Assembly: GCA_023663235.1 (NCBI GenBank)
Contig: JAMPHW010000002.1
Location: 1 to 61,771 of the forward strand
DNA length: 61,771 nucleotides
Origin: Ruminococcus sp.
GTDB taxonomy: Bacteria > Bacillota_I > Bacilli_A > RF39 > UBA660
Reading direction: 5' to 3'
In this document: piece after piece, positions 55,311 through 61,771 of the stretch
Layout of the letters: each line of letters begins with the position of its first letter
Position numbering within the stretch: the first letter of the stretch is position 1
The notes under the pieces: model-generated
What the model saw: the letters and a program-made list of their open reading frames with translations, nothing else
What the model was told of the DNA's origin: nothing
Databases searched by the model: none
Program-made: the position numbers and the translations under genes

Positions 55311-55332
55311 TAAAAAGAGCTTTAAAGCTCTT
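55311..55332 (-). terminator. Rho-independent terminator after the pilin gene
   Basis: Palindrome AAGAGCTTTAAAGCTCTT followed on the minus strand by TTTAAAT. It overlaps the stop codon. Confidence 0.6.
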
Positions 55333-55750
55333 AATTTCCACACACCGCTGAGGCATCTTCACTTGACTCAATTACATCATCACTTGTAACATCAGGTGTC
55401 TTTCCATCAACCATATTTGTTCCATTTGATAACCATATTTTATATGAATATTTTCCATCGTTGTCTTCAATCAAGAAACTACCACTATAGGCTTCATCAT
55501 TCTTAGTAATTAATCCTGAATTCATTATATCTTGATAAGAATAACACTTTGTGCCACTTTGACTTTCTTTAACATATAAAGTTTGAGCTGCCGCAATAAA
55601 CTTATTAGCCTCTGTTGCAAGCACTTGTTTTTTAGCACTAGACATCATTGGTACAACAGCATTGGTAGCTATTAAAACAACAACAGATAAAATAACTATT
55701 ACACTTAATAATTCTACTAAAGTAAAACCTTTTCTATTTAGATTATTCAT
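55331..55750 (-). CDS. Type IV pilin / pseudopilin with a prepilin-type N-terminal cleavage-methylation signal
   Basis: MNNLNRKG|FTLVELLSVIVILSVVVLIA (class III signal, Glu at +5). Two Cys (TKCYSY, AVCGN) could form a D-region disulfide. ATG 55750 (RBS GAAGGTGAAGG) preferred. Confidence 0.85.
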   Translation of the reverse strand: MNNLNRKGFTLVELLSVIVILSVVVLIATNAVVPMMSSAKKQVLATEANKFIAAAQTLYVKESQSGTKCYSYQDIMNSGLITKNDEAYSGSFLIEDNDGKYSYKIWLSNGTNMVDGKTPDVTSDDVIESSEDASAVCGN

Positions 55751-55770
55751 TACCTTCACCTTCTAAACTA

Positions 55771-55798
55771 ATTATATCAAAAAATATAGCATAGTCAA
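55771..55798 (-). promoter_or_regulatory. Strong SigA-type promoter of the pilin gene
   Basis: Minus strand TTGACT (55793-55798), a 16 nt spacer, then TGATATAAT (extended -10, TATAAT at 55771-55776). Confidence 0.7.
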
Positions 55799-55864
55799 GG
55801 ATTATAAGTTTAATTTTTGTAGAAAATTATCTGCGTTCTTGTTTACTAAGTTTCTTTAAAACTA

Positions 55865-57058
55865 TTAGTTAGCAATAACTCTTCTTTGCTTATTTTGATT
55901 ATGTTTAATTGGCTCCCAAACTTTAACTGGCTTAATTAAACATACCAGATTTATAAAAAACCAGGTTGTTAGAAATAAAGGAAAGAATAATATACCTTTA
56001 TAATAATCTCTAATGTTTTTATGATACGTTTTAATAACAAATATCCCTAAAAATATTGTAAGTAAATAAAACATCAACATATTTCCAAGCCATATTATAT
56101 CAAAATAACCTAAAGTTAAATTATAAAGAAAAGGAATTAAAGCTAAAGTAAAAGTTATTATTTGATAATGAGGAGCTCCATAAAAAAGTAGCATATCTAA
56201 AGAACTAATATTACCAGTCTTAAAAAAGTTTATTAATAATCTTTTAGCATATAAATAAAAGCATGATATAGAACCTGTACTCCATCTTTTTCTCTGCCGC
56301 CATGAAACTTTAAATTCAAGTGGATGTTCATCATAAACTATCGCCTCTTTAATAAAACCTATTCTAACATTATTTAAAGCACATATTCCACTAAATTCTG
56401 TATCTTCGGTTAAAGTTTTAGTATCAAAGCCAATTTTATTTATAATTTCTCTCGTTACCATAAAGCCAGTTCCGTTAATAGTCGCAGAACCTTTCATATT
56501 CATACGTGCTTCGTTAAAAAATAAATTTTGGACATAATAAAGCATTGTATAACTTCCTGTTAACCAATTATCTTGAGGATTTTTAGCATCTCTAAAACAC
56601 TGGGCAACATCATATCCATCATTTAATCCCTTATTCATATTTAATAAAAAGTCTTGATGAACTAAATTATCGGCATCTATTATAATATAAGCATCATAAG
56701 AACTATCTTTATAATATTTAAATATATAATCTAAAACTTCCCCTTTAGTTTTAGTCTTATATGGAACTTTTAATATTTTAACATTTAAATTTCTAGCCAC
56801 CAACTCTGTATTATCTGTACAATTATTAGGCAAAACTATAATATCAAAATATTCTTTAGGATAATTAGAATTATTAAGGCTTTTAATTAAATCACCTATT
56901 ACTTCCTCTTCATTACGTGCAGGTATCAAAACAGCTATCTTATGAAATTTATCTACATCTCTAAACTTAGGTTTCTTTTTAAAAGTAAATAAAGCTGTTA
57001 TTATAAAATATAAAGAAAAAAGAAAAGTTAATTTACTTAAAACAACAAATATAATCAT
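55865..57058 (-). CDS. Family 2 glycosyltransferase, processive synthase type (PgaC/IcaA/cellulose-synthase-like)
   Basis: N-terminal TM, a GT-A domain (IIIDADN), TED (TLTEDTE), the Q(R)xRW motif WRQRKRWSTG and C-terminal TMs. Confidence 0.85.
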   Translation of the reverse strand: MIIFVVLSKLTFLFSLYFIITALFTFKKKPKFRDVDKFHKIAVLIPARNEEEVIGDLIKSLNNSNYPKEYFDIIVLPNNCTDNTELVARNLNVKILKVPYKTKTKGEVLDYIFKYYKDSSYDAYIIIDADNLVHQDFLLNMNKGLNDGYDVAQCFRDAKNPQDNWLTGSYTMLYYVQNLFFNEARMNMKGSATINGTGFMVTREIINKIGFDTKTLTEDTEFSGICALNNVRIGFIKEAIVYDEHPLEFKVSWRQRKRWSTGSISCFYLYAKRLLINFFKTGNISSLDMLLFYGAPHYQIITFTLALIPFLYNLTLGYFDIIWLGNMLMFYLLTIFLGIFVIKTYHKNIRDYYKGILFFPLFLTTWFFINLVCLIKPVKVWEPIKHNQNKQRRVIAN

Positions 57059-57411
57059 TTAATTTTCTTAAATATTTCTTCTTTAGTTAAACCATAAGCT
57101 TTTAACTCATTTATTTTATTATTAATATCTTTAATTAACTCTTCTATCTTCATATTTTTAGCTGAACTAATATTATCGGAAATAAAAGTTCCTTTTGTCG
57201 ATTTAGAAACAATAATACCATTATTTTCTAAAATATCATAAGCTTTCTTTACTGTATTAGGATTTATTCCTAAATTATAAGCTAACTCTCTAATACTAAG
57301 TATTTGTTCCCCCTTTTTTAGAATATCTAAACTAACTAAACGTTCTACTTCTTTAACTATCTGCTCATATATAGGTTCTCTTTTGCTATAATCAATATTA
57401 ATATTCATCAT
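57055..57411 (-). CDS. GntR family (YtrA-like) transcriptional regulator
   Basis: PIYEQIVKEVERLVSLDILKKGEQILSIRELAYNLGINPNTVKKAYDILENNGII. The start is uncertain (57408-57435). Confidence 0.85.
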   Translation of the reverse strand: MMNINIDYSKREPIYEQIVKEVERLVSLDILKKGEQILSIRELAYNLGINPNTVKKAYDILENNGIIVSKSTKGTFISDNISSAKNMKIEELIKDINNKINELKAYGLTKEEIFKKIK

Positions 57412-59380
57412 AACCATCCATATCTTCAGTATCATAATTATTATTATATTCTAATAATTGCTGATAAGTTGGACTGTTTTTAACTCTATCTTTATATTTA
57501 TCGTATTCTTCCTTAAATTTAATCGCATCATTAATAATGATTTCTCTACTATAGCCATTAATATATGCATAAATACATAGACTATTATCGGTTAACTCTT
57601 GATTATTTTCTTTTAAATATATAATAAAGCTTTCTAAGTTAGAACCAACAACATAATCAAACATAGCTCCACTATCGCTTATTTTATCCTCAATATTGCT
57701 ATCATAATTTAAATTATAATAGTTATTAAAATGAACTGCTGTTCCATTAGCTTTAAGAAGTTTAATTGTTTTTTCATTCATATAACTTGTAACATAATCT
57801 GCAAGTTCTTTATTACTAGTTAAATCAATTCTTACTCTTGTATCTTTATGATTCTGATATCTATGAATATTTAAGCATTGTTCTGATTCACAATCCTTTT
57901 TATCAGCTTTTTTAATCAACTCAACTAATTTCTTTTCTTTAGGAATATAAGTACCATTAAAATAAATATAATCTATCTTATCAAAATTAAAATCCTTAAT
58001 ATTCTTTTCTCTTAAAGTTTGTAAAATATCTTGGTTATTTATTTTTAAAGCAACACTATTAATATGGCCTTTATATTTATTTCCAGCGCTATAAAAGGAA
58101 GCGTCATAACTGCCACCTCTATCATAGACTAAATCAGCATCATATTCGATTTTATTTTTAAGAATACTTTTTATCATATTTTTATCAGTTATAGCAATAT
58201 CCTCATAAGTTAAATTAATAACTATTTTATCAACTTTATCAATCATATCATAATTATTATTACTAGATAAATCATATAAAGCATAACCACCTGCAAATAT
58301 AACTAAAGTAATTAAAGACACTAAAGATGATTTTAAAAACCTATATATTTCTTTTCTGGTAATTAAATCATATAAAGCCGAATAAACAAGTATTATTACA
58401 AGTGAAATTATAATACCAATTAATTCGCTTTCTTTAACTAATAGATAAGCGACAAAAGATACAGGTAAAAGTGTAATTGTTTTAACTAAATAATGAACAA
58501 ACTCACTCTTAAAGCTTGTTTCATTATTTTCCATTTTACGTACTTTAAAAGCATAACCCCCAATTAAAAGATAAATAATACTTAATCCTAACATCTTAAT
58601 TAAACGATAGTTACTATAATTTAAAGTATGTTCTGCATCAAGAAATAATGATGTTGGAGTGGTAAGCTTATAAGCTAAATCTTTATCAAGTTCAATTTCA
58701 TATAAACCCTTTTTTAAATTTTCTTCACAAGTTTTATTACTGCATACAATATTTGTTGCACAATTCATTTTGTTACAGTCGATAAATGTTTTATCATTAC
58801 TATAATATTTATTTACTAATATTGAAAAAGGAAATAATAATAAAATAATTAAAGATATTACTAAACTACTCATAAAGTTACCAGCTATACTTATAGATAG
58901 TATACTTATACTAAACATAAAAATATAAATCATCGACAAATATATAAAATAATCTAGAAGCATCGGGATGGGCAATATTATATTACTTGACATCAATGAA
59001 AATAAAGCAAAAATAATAGTATTAAATAACATAAAGGCAAGAATTATAAATATACCTCCAACCACATTAGTAAAATAAATACTCTTCCTACTAATTGGCT
59101 TTGACATTATAAAATCTACACTTTTTTGTTTAAAAACAAAGCCTAATAATGCCATTGAAAAGACAAGTGGTATAGCATAAATTCCTACAAAAGACGTTAC
59201 ACTTAAAGTAGCAAAATTAATATATAGTGCTTCTCCTGTTTTACTAGTAGCATTTATAATTACTATTAAAACAATAATATTAATTAAAGTTATAACTCCA
59301 AAAAAGAATGCTAATAATCCTTTTGATTTTTTTATATTCTCTTTAAAATAATTAAAATTAAACAATTTCATTAAATTCAT
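57398..59380 (-). CDS. ABC-2-like multi-pass membrane protein with a large C-terminal soluble domain
   Basis: 660 aa with ~8 TMs in the first 380 aa followed by a ~280 aa non-membrane domain. It overlaps the upstream ATPase gene. Confidence 0.6.
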   Translation of the reverse strand: MNLMKLFNFNYFKENIKKSKGLLAFFFGVITLINIIVLIVIINATSKTGEALYINFATLSVTSFVGIYAIPLVFSMALLGFVFKQKSVDFIMSKPISRKSIYFTNVVGGIFIILAFMLFNTIIFALFSLMSSNIILPIPMLLDYFIYLSMIYIFMFSISILSISIAGNFMSSLVISLIILLLFPFSILVNKYYSNDKTFIDCNKMNCATNIVCSNKTCEENLKKGLYEIELDKDLAYKLTTPTSLFLDAEHTLNYSNYRLIKMLGLSIIYLLIGGYAFKVRKMENNETSFKSEFVHYLVKTITLLPVSFVAYLLVKESELIGIIISLVIILVYSALYDLITRKEIYRFLKSSLVSLITLVIFAGGYALYDLSSNNNYDMIDKVDKIVINLTYEDIAITDKNMIKSILKNKIEYDADLVYDRGGSYDASFYSAGNKYKGHINSVALKINNQDILQTLREKNIKDFNFDKIDYIYFNGTYIPKEKKLVELIKKADKKDCESEQCLNIHRYQNHKDTRVRIDLTSNKELADYVTSYMNEKTIKLLKANGTAVHFNNYYNLNYDSNIEDKISDSGAMFDYVVGSNLESFIIYLKENNQELTDNSLCIYAYINGYSREIIINDAIKFKEEYDKYKDRVKNSPTYQQLLEYNNNYDTEDMDGYDEY

Positions 59381-60257
59381 AACCTAATGCCTCCATTTGA
59401 TAAATAAATACTTCCTCTAATGTAAGAGGCAAATAATCTAATATTATAGGATTTAACTTCTTTAATATAGACTTACTATCTTTACCTTTTTCATCAATTA
59501 TTAAAGTAGCTACACTACCCATTTTCTTATATGAAAGAATATTTAAACCCTTAAAAGTACTCTTATTGAATTCTCCCTTTAAAGATATTTGAACCTTAAA
59601 CATTGTTGTTTTTAAAGTATCAATATCACTTTCAAATAAAATATTTCCTTTATATAATAAACCTAAATTATCACATATATCTTCTAATTCTCTTAAATTA
59701 TGACTAGTCATAATAATAGTTGCTTTATCATTACTTAAAGCTTCTGATAATAACTGTTTAAAATATTTTCTTACTACAGGATCCAATCCATCAAAAGTTT
59801 CATCAAAAAACAGATATTTAGCATGTGTTGCTAGAGCACATATTAAAGCACATTGTCTTTTCATTCCTTTAGAAAAAGAACTTATTTTAGCGTGAACATT
59901 AAGTTTTAACTTTGATGCTTTCTCAATTAAATAGTTCATATCAAATTTGTGATACATTGCTTCATAATAAGCGCCCATATCCATTAAACTATAACCTGAA
60001 TAGAAAAATAAATCATCAGGTACAAAAACCATCTCTTGTTTTAATTTTTCATTATCATAAACATTTTCACCATCAATTAAAACTTCACCATCTTCAGCTT
60101 GATAAATACTATTAATAATTCTAAGTAATGTTGATTTACCAGCACCATTAGCCCCTACCAAACCATATATAGCATTATCTTTAATTGAGGCGTTTAACTT
60201 TTCTAACACATAAGTTTCATTATTAAAACTCTTAGTTAGATTTTTTATTTCTATCAT
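59358..60257 (-). CDS. ABC transporter ATP-binding protein
   Basis: Walker A GANGAGKST, signature FSKGMKRQCALI, Walker B LFFDETFDGLD. Confidence 0.9.
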   Translation of the reverse strand: MIEIKNLTKSFNNETYVLEKLNASIKDNAIYGLVGANGAGKSTLLRIINSIYQAEDGEVLIDGENVYDNEKLKQEMVFVPDDLFFYSGYSLMDMGAYYEAMYHKFDMNYLIEKASKLKLNVHAKISSFSKGMKRQCALICALATHAKYLFFDETFDGLDPVVRKYFKQLLSEALSNDKATIIMTSHNLRELEDICDNLGLLYKGNILFESDIDTLKTTMFKVQISLKGEFNKSTFKGLNILSYKKMGSVATLIIDEKGKDSKSILKKLNPIILDYLPLTLEEVFIYQMEALGYEFNEIV

Positions 60258-60323
60258 AATACCTCCATTGTACTATATGTACTAGTACAATTAAAATATA
60301 ACACTATTTATATAAAAACGCAA

Positions 60324-60346
60324 TAAAAAAATCACATAAAGTGATC
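60324..60346 (-). terminator. Rho-independent terminator after DUF6273-like paralogue 3
   Basis: Minus strand GATCAC-TTTAT-GTGAT(T) followed by TTTTTT. It is homologous to the terminator at 48636-48657. Confidence 0.65.
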
Positions 60347-60355
60347 TTTTTTAAT

Positions 60356-61765
60356 TTAATCGGTAACTTTATAAGGGTTAGATATAGTTCCATCACCCGT
60401 AAATTTGACATCTGAACGAAGATTTATTACAGGTCTTACGCCAGCATTATCAGGAACCCATGGAGTACCAATATACCCAACAGAAGAAACTCGACATACA
60501 CTAGCTGCAGTACCAGTAAATGCATATGGAGATAAAGTCCAATAGTTTTGACCAGTATATAAATAATTTATAGTAATTTTATTAGCTGAATTAAAGGCCA
60601 TTCCAGCATAACTTAGTTCATCAGCGGTAATTAAACCAACAGGATTAGCTAATTTTTTATTTCCACGGTTTGCTATATTATAAGTATACACATCATCACC
60701 GTTTAAACAATTTAATGAAGGATTAACAGCTGGAGAAGATGACGTAGGAATAATTTCAGAAGGAAGCATTCTTACAAAAGCACCATAATACGTTTGCACA
60801 GTTCCTGTTCCACCTTTTCCGTCTATCATATCTGCACTTGAACTAGGAGTTCTATCTCCACAAAAACCACCATTGATGTCTATCTTATCAAAATAGATTG
60901 ACCCTTGCTTTATATTAGAGTTTGCAAACCAATTATTTAATGATATATAAATATCTGATGAGGTATCTAGTCCTCTTAATTCATCGTTTACACTATACCA
61001 ATAACCTACATATTTATTGTTATTATATGCTTTATTAAATGCACTCACTCCTATTTGTGTTCCTTCTCCAATTACTTGAGGTTCTAATTCATTTCCGCTT
61101 TCATCCTCGGTTCTTCCTTGATATATTAGCCTAATACTACCATCACCATTAATTCTAATTATTCGCCAGTAATATCCTCCGAATTCTACCCAATTATCTT
61201 TTGGGTTTCCTGCAAAATAATATGAAAGACCATCGTTATCCGACGCTACAAATATTGTTCGTTCTGTATCTTCACCAAATGGCACATTAAAATCTTTATT
61301 TTTACTTGTTCTAACCCTTTTATAAATATAATAATTATCAAGTAAATCTTGCATATTATGATAATTACTAGCTATTGCTTTTTCTAAATATAAGACACAT
61401 TTAGAAGATTTACTTATACCACTAAAGGAGTGATTTCCGAGTTCATCGGTATACAGTTTAGCATTATCATCTTTATTATTTTTATTTGTGCCTTTATAGC
61501 AATAACTCATATCTTCATTTATTTTATAACCATTAGGTATTATAGTATTACTATCTTGTTCTACATTATCTAAATATAAAGCTACAATATTTATATCATA
61601 AGGACTTGATACTACTTTACCTTCTGTTAAAGGAATAGACGCAGTCATACGATAATTAGCTTTACTACCTATAAAAGTTACTGTAATAGTAAGTATTACT
61701 ACACTTATTAAACCACACAAAAAATACTTTTTGCTATTATTCTTTCTTAATTTTTCTATTTTCAT
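60356..61765 (-). CDS. Exported/membrane-anchored DUF6273-like protein (paralogue 3)
   Basis: 469 aa. The first ~65 aa, the YYFAGNP.DNWVEFGGYYWRIIRINGDGSIRLIYQG block, the GNKKL.NPVGLITADE block and the GVRPVINLRSD..F.GDGTISNPYKV tail are nearly identical to paralogue 2. The segments between are divergent. Confidence 0.75.
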   Translation of the reverse strand: MKIEKLRKNNSKKYFLCGLISVVILTITVTFIGSKANYRMTASIPLTEGKVVSSPYDINIVALYLDNVEQDSNTIIPNGYKINEDMSYCYKGTNKNNKDDNAKLYTDELGNHSFSGISKSSKCVLYLEKAIASNYHNMQDLLDNYYIYKRVRTSKNKDFNVPFGEDTERTIFVASDNDGLSYYFAGNPKDNWVEFGGYYWRIIRINGDGSIRLIYQGRTEDESGNELEPQVIGEGTQIGVSAFNKAYNNNKYVGYWYSVNDELRGLDTSSDIYISLNNWFANSNIKQGSIYFDKIDINGGFCGDRTPSSSADMIDGKGGTGTVQTYYGAFVRMLPSEIIPTSSSPAVNPSLNCLNGDDVYTYNIANRGNKKLANPVGLITADELSYAGMAFNSANKITINYLYTGQNYWTLSPYAFTGTAASVCRVSSVGYIGTPWVPDNAGVRPVINLRSDVKFTGDGTISNPYKVTD

Positions 61766-61771
61766 TTGTTT

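Overview
This is a very AT-rich (by eye about 25-30% G+C) chromosomal segment of a cell-walled low-GC Bacillota. It uses the standard genetic code, and nearly all genes lie on the minus strand. The backbone is housekeeping DNA with Bacillus-subtilis-like synteny. It includes a CIRCE-controlled hrcA-grpE-dnaK-(pepF)-dnaJ operon, topA, an LtaS-family gene, rnhB, rbgA, lepB, rplS and greA. It also carries the yrrO/yrrN/trmR/mltG/DUF1292/ruvX block, pgsA with a RodZ-like gene, gpsB overlapping a type-B RNase P RNA, efp, rpmG (absent from the ORF track), a PBP2-type transpeptidase and nfo. I found no rRNA, tRNA, CRISPR array or intact mobile element. Several accessory insertions interrupt this backbone. 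(1) The best candidate for something new is a promoter-equipped two-gene operon of unrecognisable cytoplasmic proteins (21288-23869). It is wedged between intact topA and a decayed, 5'-truncated, internally deleted second copy of topA (20926-21250), which looks like the footprint of a single-crossover (Campbell-type) insertion. (2) A roughly 5 kb islet (30157-35129) splits the conserved lepB/rbgA neighbourhood. It holds an HExxH protein, RhuM, NUDIX, GNATs, gene remnants and two decayed copies of a small-ORF module. (3) An 11-gene co-directional cluster (8595-16849) encodes exported unknowns, a MacB/FtsX-type ABC system, a metzincin and a membrane-tethered XRE regulator. (4) Three mosaic paralogues of a DUF6273-like exported protein are scattered across the window. 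(5) A LysR regulator sits next to a minimal RlmN/Cfr-like radical SAM enzyme. (6) An orphan type IV pilin with a strong promoter lies next to an ABC-GntR-GT2 operon. Coordinates of starts, promoters, terminators and repeats were derived by hand and may be off by a few nt.
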